The notes beneath the pieces are model-generated. The model did no database searches, had not been told where the DNA came from, and saw nothing but the letters and a program-made list of their open reading frames with translations. Below, one piece after another: positions 12,401-24,589 of a stretch of 64,000 bases of DNA. Source of the DNA: Leucoraja ocellata (taxonomy: Eukaryota); contig JAWMAR010000574.1 of assembly GCA_036785375.1 (NCBI GenBank), positions 496,001 through 560,000 on the forward strand. Direction: 5' to 3'. How positions within the stretch are numbered: the stretch's first letter is position 1; the number at the start of each line of letters is the position of its first letter. A program made the translations under genes and the position numbers.

Positions 12401-12836
12401 TTGCCCACAGAGCAAGTGCTGTTTTTTTGTTATTCTCCCAAATGCTGTAGTCTTCAACAGTGTAGCACTTACTGAACACTGTTGAAGCAAATATTGGAAA
12501 GGTCCCTATTTGAGACTGAGCAGAGAGATCCACAACTTTGACATTTCTCCCTAATTAACACCACCATTTAGAAAGTCAGAGAGCCGGATAAATGCAGAAC
12601 AGAAACAGGAATCACATCAGGCACTTCTTTGATTGTTTGCCAACAGTTCCGATTGTCCACTTAACATGGGGGACTGTGCTTCACAAATAATTTCTGAAAT
12701 GGTTAATTGTGCTGAAGACTGGATAAGGCACCTTAAAACGGGAAACCGTGTTTTGTTGATTTCCGGCCTCAATTATCCTCCAAAAAACAGTAGTTTAGCT
12801 TGGTTTTGACTTTTACATCCCCAATCGTCCCAGTTC

Positions 12837-12939
12837 AGTTCCTCAGTCTGAGGAAGGGTTTCGGCCCGAATCGTCACCTATTTCCTTCGCTCCATAGATG
12901 CTGCTGCACCCGCTGAGTTTCTCCAGCATTTTTGTGTAC
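12837..12939 (+). mobile_element. 103-bp solo PLTR insertion with hammerhead-like motif
   Basis: 11-bp TSD cgtcccagttc at 12826-12836 and 12940-12950; ctgaggaagggtttcggcccgaatcgtc. Confidence 0.85.
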
Positions 12940-13780
12940 CGTCCCAGTTCTGGTGTTTTATGCACAAAATAATCACGTCAATAGCTATAGTGAGATTCTG
13001 AAATGCACCAAGATGCAGCACTGCAATTGTTTACGCCTAAAGTCCAATATAAGTAAACACAGATGCACAGCCTGTGTTATATATTAAAACTATCTCCCGC
13101 GGTGCTATTCATGCTAAGTTGGAGGCTAGGTTGTCTCCATGGAGAGGATCCTGTGGTGTCGGTGGAAATCGAAATACATCTTCAGTGGATGAGTAAGGAA
13201 AAATGTGTTCAGAATTCAATGCCGACATTGTGAAGCAAATGTCTTATATAGCTCATGAAGAAAAGTAGCCTCGACGTCATCTGTTCAATGGTTCGATGGT
13301 TCTTTAATTCCCACGTGTACCAAAGGTACGTGAAATAAATGTTTGCACCTAGATCAATGAGATTATTGCCATACAATCCCCAATTATGTACCCCATACAT
13401 AGAAACAATCCATTGAGTACAGATGCAATAGCCACCAGTTTTGGCGCTATTTTACACAGTGCAAGCTGCAGCTGGCCATGAAGGCCCATTGTAACCATCA
13501 CCTCATTCGAATCGCCAGTGAGCCGACCTTCAGGATTCATATCCAGCAGCCGACCTTGAAGATACGGAAGGTTAGACACCCCCCGGTTCCTTCTTACCCG
13601 CCCTTTGTCCAGTGTCTACCAGTATCACTGACTCTCTCCTCCTTCAGGTTCCCGGTCTTCCGGGGGGGGGCGGGAGTCTCACACACACTCCAGGCGGGCT
13701 CCACGGTTTCAGGGCCGGCTGCTTGTCAGAGCTTCCCAATCACCCGCACGGCCCTCCAAGAGTTTCCACCACACGGCCTT

Positions 13781-14093
13781 GCGGTAGGCGGCGCGGCCTC
13801 TGCAGCCTGTCCGCGTTTTTATTATTTTTTGTCTGTGTTTTTATGTAGTTTTTTGTTATTTTATGTTGGGGTGTGTGTGTGTGGGGGGGTGGGAGGGGGG
13901 GAGAAACTTTTTGAATCTCTCCCTGCACTGGAGACCCGACCTTTTCTCGTCGGGTCTCAGGTGTCGTTGAGGCCGCAGCGAGGAGCGGCCTCCAACAGGA
14001 AGAAGCCGGGGACTCAGGTGTCGACTCACCGTTGCCGTCGCGGAGCTGGCCGAGTCCGGAGCGGTGGAGGAGCGCTGCTGCTGCTGCTGTCGT

Positions 14094-14124
<31 letters not shown>

Positions 14125-14631
14125 ACCGGAGAGTCGGAGGCTCCAACGACGGGTCTGTGGACGACGGCACCGGGAGCCCACGGCTCCCTGGAGGGAGACC
14201 GCTTCTCAGGGCTCCTGCAACGGCGACTTCTCCCGCCCGAGTTGCGGGGTCGAAGAGCTCCTGGAGCGGAGCCTGACACCACTGCCCCGCGTGGCTGGAA
14301 TGGCCGCGGACTCTGCGAGCGCACACCGGGGGCTCTAACACCAAGACCCGGTGTGCGACCTCGCACCACCCGGCGTGGCTTTAATGGCCGCGGGACAATC
14401 GCCATCGCCAGCCGGGGGCTATGACTTTGACTCTGACATCGGGGGGGGGAGAGTGCAGTGGAGAGATAAGTTTATTTGGCCTTCCATCACAGCTATGTGA
14501 TGGATGTTTATGTTAAATGTAATTATGTTGTGTCTTGGGTCTATTTGTGTGTAATGTATGGCTGCAGAAACGGCATTTCGTTTGGACCTCAAGGGGTCCA
14601 AATGACAATTAAATTGACTCTGACTCTGACT
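13781..14631 (+). mobile_element. GC-rich non-autonomous retroposon with Rex1-type 3' end
   Basis: GC-rich head, T-rich tract, CpG-rich body with (CTG)n, shared gccttccatcacag motif, 3' TTTGGACC..GGTCCAAA hairpin, tgacaattaaa, (TGACTC)n tail. Confidence 0.7.
14073..14124. repeat. Imperfect (CTG)n trinucleotide repeat
   Basis: gctgctgctg... with a few interruptions. Confidence 0.9.
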
Positions 14632-14882
14632 GTCATCGCCGGTGACTCCTCAGGTGTTTGATGAGTTTGGCTGTGACCCTCCGGTCGTACGCTGTCCCGG
14701 ACGCTGATCTTACCAATGTTGTATATATATACACAAATGTATATTTGCTTAATATATCCATATTAAAATATTATTTCTGAGTATTAAAAAGCAAAATGTT
14801 TTAATGGCCTTTGTCTCAATCAATGCATCCCTCACTCTCTATACACTTAAAACAGTGGGGTTGACATTTTGTGTATATCTCA

Positions 14883-15836
14883 AATGGGCCTGTCCCATTT
14901 AGGCGATTTTTCAGCGGACTTCCGGCGACTGTTATGTTGCCGGCACTCGCCTGAAAATCCAGGAACTGGAANNNNNNNNNNNNNNNNNNNNNNNNNNNNN
15001 NNNNNNNNNNNNNNNNNNNNNNNNNNNNNNNNNNNNNNNNNNNNNNNNNNNNNNNNNNNNNNNNNNNNNNNNNNNNNNNNNNNNNNNNNNNNNNNNNNNN
15101 NNNNNNNNNNNNNNNNNNNNNNNNNNNNNNNNNNNNNNNNNNNNNNNNNNNNNNNNNNNNNNNNNNNNNNNNNNNNNNNNNNNNNNACAGGGCAAGCGGG
15201 GGAGTGCTGTCCGAACGTCACACGGTGCAAAGCCAAGGTGATACAGACACACACCGCGATGAACAGGAAGGTTTGCGCTGTAATTAAGACGCCTAGCACA
15301 CTGTACGGTAAATCCTTTAAAAGGTGGTGAAGGGGAGAGAGGGGGGTAGGGGGGGGAGACGGAGTGGAGAAGGAATGGAGACTACTTTTACGAAGCTAGA
15401 CAACTTTCAATAAGCCAGAGATACAAAACTGTGAAGCTCGGCGGATATTTAACATTACCTGTCGGTTATCCTTGCCTCTGAAAACTCCTGCTTACGTTTT
15501 TTTCCCTCAATGAGCCAATGAAAATGACCGGTCAGCAAAGGTGATTAACTAAAACTACCTACGGCTACCTCGACTACCCATAACTACATGGCGACCCCAC
15601 TTACAACTACAGAATTATTGATTCCATTTCCACGGTGACCAATATTTGGTCGCATAAAAATTTCCAACTTTTGCTGCGACCATACTGAGGCCGCGACACG
15701 TGCACAGAATACAGGAACTCCTCGCGACCATGAAGGAGACTCACCAGAGACCACCAGAGAACATGTGACGACCATGTGGCAAGCGCAGAGTCTCCTGCAC
15801 TCGCCTAAAAAGTCGCCTAAGTGGGACAGGCCCATT
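14883..15836. mobile_element. Non-autonomous PIF/Harbinger-like DNA transposon spanning a gap
   Basis: TIRs aatgggcctgtcccatttaggcgatttt and aaaagtcgcctaagtgggacaggcccatt. Confidence 0.8.
14972..15186. other. Assembly gap
   Basis: Run of N. Confidence 1.
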
Positions 15837-16241
15837 GCTTCCCCCATTTAGTCTCTCAGTGGAGGAGCTTGATAACAAATGGGACAACAATGTCCCAGTG
15901 TTCCAACGTTCTTCTGTAGTGGTGGAGTGCGTAAATCATGGAGACCTGCCCCATAAGCATCTGTTATGTTTCTAGATTACTGATTGATTTTACATGGCAA
16001 ACTAAAAGAGCAAGCTTCAAATTAATGCATTAAAGTATAGTGCTATCAGGAAAAAGGACTTTCTGGTATCAATGAATTAGGGATGACATTATCTCTTCTT
16101 TCATTGTAAATAAGATGCAAATTTGCGAGTCTGCCTAATCTTTTGATTCGCAGTTATTTAATATGACTCTGGTAGGCTATTCCTTTTATGAATGTATGTA
16201 CAGGTTATCAATAGATTCACCATGAAACAGGGAAACATCAG

Positions 16242-16468
16242 AGGCACATTGGCGCAGTTGGTAGAGCTGGTTTCCTCTGGGTGCTCCGGTTTCCTCCCAC
16301 ATCCCAAACATGTGCGGGGTTGAAGGTTAGTTGGCATCTGTATATTGCCCATAGTGTGTAGTGATTGGATGAGAAAGTGGGATAATATGGACCTTGTATG
16401 AACTGGTGATCGATGGTCAGCATGAACACGGTGGGCTGAATGGCCTGTTTCCGTGCTGTATCTCTAAA
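16242..16468 (+). mobile_element. HE1-type SINE, internally deleted
   Basis: tggcgcagttggtagagc head, ctccggtttcctcccaca core, gcctgtttccgtgctgtatctctaaa tail. Confidence 0.8.
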
Positions 16469-17534
16469 TGGAGGGGCAGAGAAAGGTTGCTCCACACATG
16501 AGAAGTTTGTTGGAGGAGAAGTGCATTCTTGTGGTGAGGAGGATTGAAAAATGTGTCAAGGCAATGATGCAGTGTGAAATGATACTAGTCTTAACGAAGA
16601 GCGTCTTAGTTGGAGGCATATTAGGATCATGGCTTGCATAACACTCTGAAGCAAGTGTATGATATGGCAGTCAGATTTCAAGACAGTGCTCCGGTTAATG
16701 ACATCAAAGGTTTGATGATGTAAAAATAGGTCATATACTGTATAATAATGGGAAGTGTTTCAGCCCACTGCAAACACATCCTGGACCAACTTGAGTAATC
16801 AAGATACAGTAGGCAGACTATATTTGCATTTGACAGACTAAGCTCCATGCTATTGTCAACTTGTTTACCAAAGTTTCAGAATATGGGCCTAACATTCAAT
16901 ATCTGCAAGATAAAGAGCTTCTAACAATTGGCTACCACTGAATATCCAATTTTACGGTGCAATCTTAGAAAATGAGACCCATTGCTCAAAACTTGGCAGC
17001 CATCTCTCAGTGAAATTCACCAGCACTGTCAGTAAGCCAGCATAGCTTTTGGTCAAAAGACAGATACAAAGTGCTGAAGTAACTCAGCAAGACAGGCAGC
17101 ATCTCTGGAGAGAAGGAATGGGTGCTTTTCGGGTCAAGACCCTTCTTCAGGTCAATTGAAGAAAAGGGTGTTTCAAAATCAAGACTTCAGACAAAGCACA
17201 AAACTCCTGGTCAACCTCCTATATGCTTCTGAGGTTAAACAACCAGAATTGGAGATCGCAAGGCATTGGAAAGATACCACTAATGCTGCCTCCATAAAGT
17301 CCACACATTGAGTTAACATCAGCATCCTCTCCCAGGCCAAAATCCCCAACACTGAGGACATTGTTACACTCAGTCATGGTAGGCCATGTCACTCACACAT
17401 CCAACACCACATCTTCAGGACTGACGCTCTATTCTGTGCTACTGCACAGGAAGGAATTGTAGGTGATCAGAGGAAAAGGGACACAAGGAGGAACAAGGAA
17501 CTGCAGATGCTAGTTTACAAAAAAGGAGACAGCG

Positions 17535-18866
17535 CAGGGGCTGCACAGTGGCACAGCGGTAGAACTGCTACCGTACAGCACCAGAGACCCGCGTTCAAAC
17601 CTGACTGTCTGTACGGAGTTTGGAGGTTCTCCCTGTCAACACGTGGTTTTTCTCCAGTTTCCTCCCACACTCCAAAGACATTCAGGTTTGTAGATTAATT
17701 GGCTTCTGTATGTTGTAAATTGTCCCTAGTTTAGTTTTAGTTTAGAGATACAGCGCGGAAACTGACCATTCGGCCCACCATCCGCTCCGACCGAAGATCC
17801 CTGCACATTAAAACTATCCTACACACACCAATAACAATCCAATTAACGAACAAACCAGTATGTCTTTATAGAATAGGAGGAAACCAAAGATCTCCGTGAA
17901 AACTCACACGGATAAAGGATACAAAGGATACAAAGGACATTTATTATCACATACACCAATTGGTGTAGTGAAATTTGACTTGCCATTGCAGCACACAAAT
18001 GAAGATAAGACATAACATCAAAGAATTTAACAGTAAACATAAAAACATCCCCCCACATTGGGAACCATAGTCGCCGCTACGGCAGCCCGATGCTTCAGGC
18101 CTTCTCGGCGGATGATGGAGTTCTGGCGTCGGGTGAACACTGCTCAGTGGTTTGGAGAGTCTGGAGCGGCCGCTTCCTCCCCGGAGACCACGGCTCCCCG
18201 CTGGTCGAACCTCCGACTCTGGCGACCTCGTTGTGAGATCCCAGGCTCCGCGGTGTTTAAAGCTCAACGCCGCCCGCGGCTGGAAGCTCCGCAACCCGCA
18301 GCCCTGCGATGTTGGAGTCGGCGGTCACAGCACTCCAGTACTTACCACACGGCGTCCCGGGTAAGGCATCACCCGCTCCACGATCGTGCCTCAGTGCTGT
18401 GCTGTGCTCACCACCGAAGCTGAGGTCTTAGCCGGTCCCGGCAGGAAACGCCGCTCCACTGTTGGTAGGCCGCGAGGAAGGGGCGAAAACACGGCTCGGA
18501 GAAACGCCGCATCACCCCCTCCCTTCCCCCACATAAAAATACTAGAAGACCTCCAAAACAAACACTTTTAACTCAAAAAAAAGGGTGAAAAGACTAACAG
18601 CTGCTGGCAGGACAGCCATACTTGACGGCGCCCCTTACGAAAACGGAGAACGTACAAACTGCGTACAGACAGCACCCATAGTCGGGATCGAACCCAGGTC
18701 TCTGGCAGTGCAAAGGCTGTAAGGCAGCAACTCTACCACTGCGCCACTGTGCCGCCCTAGTTTCTAAGATGGTGTTAGTACACGGGGTGATCACTGGTCG
18801 GCGCAGGCTCGATAGGCCAAAGGGCATGTTTCCACACTGCATCTGTAAAGGCTAAAGTGCAGTCTA
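17535..18866 (+). mobile_element. HE1-type SINE (+) hosting a second HE1 (-) at 17733-18754
   Basis: 9-bp TSD ccctagttt at 17724-17732 and 18755-18763; halves of both SINEs join in register. Confidence 0.85.
17913..18642 (-). mobile_element. GC-rich non-autonomous retroposon with Rex1-type 3' end
   Basis: Minus strand 3' end aaatttcacTACACCaattGGTGTAtgtgataataaa plus (CCTTTGTAT)n; short TSD acgga at 17908-17912 and 18643-18647. Confidence 0.7.
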
Positions 18867-19837
18867 AAGAGACACAAAGTTCTCTCAGTGAGTAACTCAG
18901 TGAGTCAGGCAGCATCCGTGGAGAACATAGATGGGGGATCTTTCACATCGGAATCCTTCAAAGATTCATGGACGTGCAGAAAACCTCCTTGAAGAACTGC
19001 AACATCCCCGTAGACTTCAGCTGCAGGAGAGTCATTGAGTCGATGCATTGGGAGTCTGCAGACCCCAGTATAAACAATGCTCCCTCCAAAACTACCTACC
19101 CATGCCATCAAGTACATGCCCATCTCTGGAAGAGTAAGACATCGTAAACTCAGAACCCAGAAAATTGAAGTGGAAGTCATCCTCTAGCCCAACAAACTGT
19201 GTTAGAAGAAGAAAGGTTGTGGAATTTAGTTAGATGAATTTTGAAATTACTGGTGGTTAATTAGGTAAGGAAGATAATTCGTCACTCTATGCAATGTTCT
19301 TATAATTATGTTCTATAAAAGGATACAATTTTCGCATTGACTTAAGTGAGAGGATGAAATAATTTTGATTTGTGTAAACTTAATAACAAGAAGGGTTATT
19401 AATGAAGAAGGTTCCCGACACAAAACGCCATCTATCCATGTTCTCCTGGGATGCTGCCTGACCTGTTGAGTTACTTCAGCACTTTGTGTCTTTCTTTCAT
19501 TTGTGTCTAGTTGATCAAACTGTAATGATATGTCAGTTTATAAGCCTTAACCTCTATGAGCATTAGAATGAAGGTCAAGTGAGAAGGGTATGATTATCTG
19601 ATTCAATTCACAGAGTATGTTTGTCACAACCTCCAGATTTGCTATTTTCCACGTTAATATTGAGCGGTGTAATCCAGCACTTATAGAAATGAGTCAATCC
19701 ATTGAACGTAAGAACTAACTATAGTTGACCCGAATTGCTAAAACACTTGCTATTAGTTTCCTCTGAAATAGTACCTCAGAAAATCAGTATTTATTCGTTT
19801 TTCATCTTATTTGTAAATAATCAACTAAATAACTGCA

Positions 19838-20085
19838 ACAGAGACCCAAGTTCAATCCTGCCCATGAGTGCTCTATGTGCAGAGTTTGCACGTTCTTTCT
19901 ACGACGTTTCCTCTGGGTGCTCTGGCTTCCTCCCACAGCATAGCAGGTTTGTAGGTTAATTGGCTTTGGTAAAATTGTAAATTGTCCATAGTGTGTTAGA
20001 TAGTGCTAGTGCTAGTGCATGTGTTGATTGCTAGTCAAAGCAGACTGAAGGGCTGGTTTACGCACTGTTTCCTCAAAGTCTAAAG
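19838..20085 (+). mobile_element. HE1-type SINE
   Basis: cagagacccaagttcaatcctg...caggtttgtaggttaattggc; an additional 3' piece lies at 20315-20465. Confidence 0.75.
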
Positions 20086-21157
20086 TACAGTAAAGGAAAT
20101 CAGAGGAAACATTTATTTCACCCCATTTCCAGTTGGAATCTGGAACACCATGGACTGTCAGTGGGTGGTGGAGGTGAATTCTCATAACATTTATTAGGCA
20201 TTTAGATGATAACTTAAATCGACCAGGCAATGAAGTGCATGGACCAAGCGTTAGTGAATGGAATTAGTAGAGACAGATACAATGATTTGCTGTTAATCTG
20301 ATGATTTGCTGTTAGTCGGCCTCTGTAAATTGTCCCTAGTGTGTAGGGAGTGGGTGAGAAAGTGGGATAACATAGAATAAGTGAGACCAGCAATGTAGGT
20401 TGGCAGATTGGTATGGACTCGGTGGAATGAAGGGCTTGTTTCCATGCTGTATCTCTAAACTAAACATATCAATTATTATAAACCTAAGGATAGACACCTT
20501 CTTAATTTCAGAAAAAAACTAAACCATTATAAATAATCATTATTTTAATGTTTCCACCTGATGTAATTAAATCCCTCGTTTCCCCCCCATGACCTATCAG
20601 TATTATTTTTCTACACATCTTTTCTACACTCTTTCTGAATGCATCCATGTGCATCATGTGCTATCACATACATATCTTTGTGGATGGCTGCTATCATTTT
20701 CTCCATGTGTCCCTTCATATCCCTGCATCTCTGTAATCCATAGTCCGAGAGTTGTACAGCATGGAAATTGCTGACCAAGTTACCATATTAGGCAAGTCCC
20801 ATTTCCCTACATTTAGCCCACAACCACTAAACCTTTCCTACTGAAATATCTGTCCAAATATCTTTCTGTTTTTGTATCCCTCTGGGATATATCCGTCTTG
20901 CAATGAAGGTTTTGTTAGATAAGACTACCCAAATTCTGACCCCAATTCAATCTTTACTGCAAATGTGCCTTGGTGTCCACCTTCTATAACCTTCTGTTCC
21001 CCATAAATATCTTGTAGTTTCAGATCTCTCAAAATCACTGATGCTCATGGATGATCTAAATTCTTTCCACATTATCTTTTTAGTAAACCCACTTTAGTAA
21101 CATTGATAAAAATGATTTTCTATCTCTAATCATGAGTATACTAACGTTTCAGATTTT

Positions 21158-21512
21158 CAGACGCAGGAAAAATGTTTCCAATGTTGGGCGAGTCCAGAAC
21201 CAGGGGCCACAGTCTTAGTTAGAATAAAGGGGAGGCCATTTAAGACTGAGGTGAGAAAAAACTTTTTCACCCAGAGAGTTGTGAATTTGTGGAATTCCTT
21301 GCCACGGAGGGCAGTGGAGGCCAAGTCACTGGATGGATTTAAGAGAGAGTTAGATAGAGCTCTAGGGGCTAGTGGAATCAAGGGATATGGGGAGAAGGCA
21401 GGCATGGTTTATTGATTGGGGACGATCAGCCATGATCACAATGAATAGCGGTGCTGGCTCGAAGGACCGAATGGCCTCCTCCTGCACCTATTTTCGATGT
21501 TTCTATGTTTCT
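21158..21512 (+). mobile_element. CR1 LINE 3' end, young subfamily
   Basis: FFTQRVVNLWNSLP..GYGEKAG, (TTTCTATG)n tail; highly similar to 46660-47000 and 56030-56328. Confidence 0.92.
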
Positions 21513-22339
21513 AAAAATTCTTATTAGCAAAAGTATATGAAGCACTGTGTTTTGAAAGCCCTAAATTGTACTTTCATTTGCATTATTGCATTTACTAGTG
21601 TTAAACTTGTATTTCCCATGATATTTATTTTAATTTGTAAGCGATATAATAAAGCAAGTTTGGCATTATTTTAAATTTAAACAAACTATTTGCCAACCTT
21701 GCATACCACTGTTTATAAGCAAAATATGTTTTTGTGTAACTTGGCAATAATATCATTCTGTCAAGCTAATTTTCAAGTATAGTGGTTTTCATCACTTCTC
21801 AAATTGAAAACAGTTCTTAGAAATACAATTCGCGTGCAGACGACAGAACTGATAATCTGCAAACCTGCTGACATACTCCAACTTAAGCCTAACACAAATG
21901 TAGCAGGAAGACCAGGATATAAACCAGCACTTATAGTAATGAGTCAGCCCAATGAACACAGGAACTAACTATAGTTGACCTGAGTTGGTAAAAACTCTGC
22001 GTAATATTTTCCTCTGAAATTCTTTGGACTGGACTGAGATTTGACTGAGACTCGCTTTTCCCATGAATTCTCAGGAGGTTTTGTTTGGGGCAGCACCTCC
22101 ATCCATTATATACATCCTTGAGGTTTTGTGCATCGTTCTAACTATTCTGTGGATTGAGGAAGTGGAGAGGTTCACACAATACTTCCAGTAAAATTGTCGA
22201 TCAATAATTAAATAAATAATGGACACAAAGAGCTGGGGGCCATTACCCCCATCGCCCCACTCGCCCCCCCCACTCTCTCATGCCCCTCCCCCAACCCCCC
22301 CACCCCCCAGCCCCCACCCCCCCCCCCCCCCCCACACAC

Positions 22340-22480
22340 ACACATACAATCAGTCTGAAGAAGGGTCCCAACCCAAAACATTCCCTATCCATGGTTTCCA
22401 GAGATGCTGCCTGACCGGCTGAGTTACTCCAGCACTTTTTAATCTTTTTTTGTCTAAACCAGTATCTGCAGTTACTCCTA
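22340..22480 (+). mobile_element. PLTR fragment
   Basis: caatcagtctgaagaagggtcccaaccc...ccagtatctgcagtt. Confidence 0.75.
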
Positions 22481-22607
22481 TTCTCATTTGTATAAGTAAC
22501 GCATGAAAATATATTGGGTTTTTTTTTCATAATTTAGCCTTCTGTAATTCAAAATTGCTTTTGATGAATTGATTTATGGAGGGCGGTGGGAGTTTGTAGT
22601 TCAAGCT

Positions 22608-22885
22608 ACACGGTGGCTCAGAGGTAGAGTTGCTGCTTTACAACGGCAGAGACGCGGGTTCGATCTTGACTATGGGTGCTGACTGTATGGAGTTTGCACG
22701 TTCTCCCTGTGATTCCTGTGGGTTTTCGCAGGGTGCTCCAGTTACTTCCCACATTCCGAAGACGTACAGGTTTGTAGTCTAATTGGCGTCTGTAAAATTG
22801 TAAATTGTCCCTTGTGTGTGTGTAGGATCGTGTTAGTATGTGGATATCATGCCGACTCGGTGGGCTGAAGGGCCTGTTTCCACAC
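22608..22885 (+). mobile_element. HE1-type SINE
   Basis: A box tggctcagagg, B box ggttcgatct, core and tail. Confidence 0.85.
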
Positions 22886-23688
22886 TAATAATAAAAACAC
22901 AGTATTCACCAGTTAATCATGGACCCGCATTATCCTTATCTTAAGAGTACAGGCACCTCCCGACTTACATTGTTTATGTTCTGTGAACCCTTACTGATGT
23001 CAGATTTTACATATGTCAGAATCACTGACTCTGTGTCTGTACTAACTGAGAGTATTAACTGTTTCAGCTGCTTCGGGGCCACATTCTGCAGCCCACGGCC
23101 TTCTGGGTAAGCACTGCCTCCATTGCTGGCTTGTTTCTGATGTAAACTTGAGAGATCGTACAGTGTTGTGTAAATTACAAACTGCCTTGATTGCATTAGG
23201 GACTGAGTACAGAATTGTTTAGGTAAGTGGAAGTTTCCGTAAATTGCCTTTTGCGTAAGTCAGGATCTGTAATCAAGGATGGGATATATATCTTGGCCTT
23301 GTCAGCCACGCCACCATCCCTTAAAAATGTGCCTGAAACATATCTAGTTAGCGACATATTCCACTTCCTTGACCAAACCTTTGGCTTCTGATTTCCCATT
23401 CCATCCCGCTGGGGATAGCATTCAAAATGTTGTGCAAAATTCAACTGAAAGAGATGACACATGAACTTTACTCACAGTTCAGTTAACATAACGCACTAAG
23501 AAAACGATCTCCAGAGAATTGGGTAAAATATATAATGGACAGCCAATTCAAAACTGCATATTTTATCTGTTAATGCTTTCAGACTGGTTGTGATGTTCAA
23601 CAGGACAAGCACTTAAAGCTAAGATTCTTCCCCAACCCAATCCCCTTGACGGAGAAATTAAGAACTGCAGATGCTGGCTTCCAAAATA

Positions 23689-24589
23689 GATAGATAGATA
23701 GAGCCTTTATTGTCATTCAGACCTTTCGGTCTGAACTAAATTATGTTGCCTGCAGTCATACACAGAATCAAAAATAACAAAACATACATTAAACACAAAT
23801 TAAACATCCACCACAGTAAGTTCACCAAGCACATCCTCACTGTGATGGAGGCAAAGTCTTAGTCTCCGTCTCTTCCCTCCTTGTTCTCCCTCTGCGCTGA
23901 GGCGATCGATCCAGGCCGAAGATGCCGCTCTCCAGTCCAGCGGACCTCCGTGGTGATGTCGCCGCCGCCGAAAGCCAGAACGCCGTCTCCGCTTCGAGAC
24001 GGCCCGCCACAGCATCAGCTCTGGGCCGCCGCCCCATCTCTGGGCCCGCCGCCCCAGCTCCGGGTCCGCAGTCTCCGCTCCGGGTCCGCAGTCTCCGCTC
24101 CGGGTCCCACAGTCTCCGCTCCGGGTCCCGCAGTCTCCGCTCCAGGTCCCGCAGTCTCCGCTCCAGGTCCCGCAGTCTCTGCTCCGGGCTGCTGCCCCAG
24201 CTCCGGGTCCCGCAGTCTCAGCTCCGAGCCCCGCTGCATCAGCTCCAGGCCGCCGCCGAAAGCCAGAACGCCGCACCAGCAAGCCGGGCCATCGCTGCCT
24301 TAGCCCCGAAGACGGCCAGCCTCTCGTTGGTGAGTCCTGGCTGGATCTGCCTCCGGAGCCTCGGGGTCGGTCGCAGGTTGGAGGCCGCCAGCTCCGCCAT
24401 TAGGCCGCAGCGCAGACGGAGGCAGAGAAGGGGGATACGACACGAAAAACAGAGAACATGTTTCACCCCCTTTAACACAACCCAACAAACTAAAACTTAA
24501 CCAAAACAAGACAAAAAAACCAACAGAAAAAAGTAAAGACAGACGGACTGCAGGCGAGCCACAGCTGTTAACAGCGCCACAACTTCCAG
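23689..24589 (-). mobile_element. Apparently full-length GC-rich non-autonomous retroposon inserted in a PLTR
   Basis: 9-bp TSD tccaaaata (23680-23688, 24590-24598); 5' ggaagttgtggcgctg; 3' TTCAGACCGAAAGGTCTGAA hairpin, tgacaataaa, (CTAT)n tail. Confidence 0.85.
24057..24226. repeat. 20-21-bp minisatellite gctccgggtcccgcagtctcc, about 7 copies
   Basis: Directly visible tandem units; explains repetitive pseudo-ORFs (GAETAGP). Confidence 0.9.

Larger units (their letters stand above)
16870..19213 (+). mobile_element. Old RTE-clade LINE 3' portion split by nested insertions
   Basis: GLTFNICKIK, LGSHLS, ASIAFGQ|LKKRVFQNQD, LLYASE, ALERYH, GDQRKR (to about 17480), resuming RFMDVQKTSLKNCNIP at about 18960, (AAG)n tail near 19205. 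Confidence 0.7.

Noticed and set aside
13478-14424. Long GC-rich ORFs (286, 221 and 130 aa) and CpG-island-like composition
   Set aside because: Low-complexity translations of a retroposon and (CTG)n; overlapping ORFs on both strands reflect GC content, not a gene or host promoter
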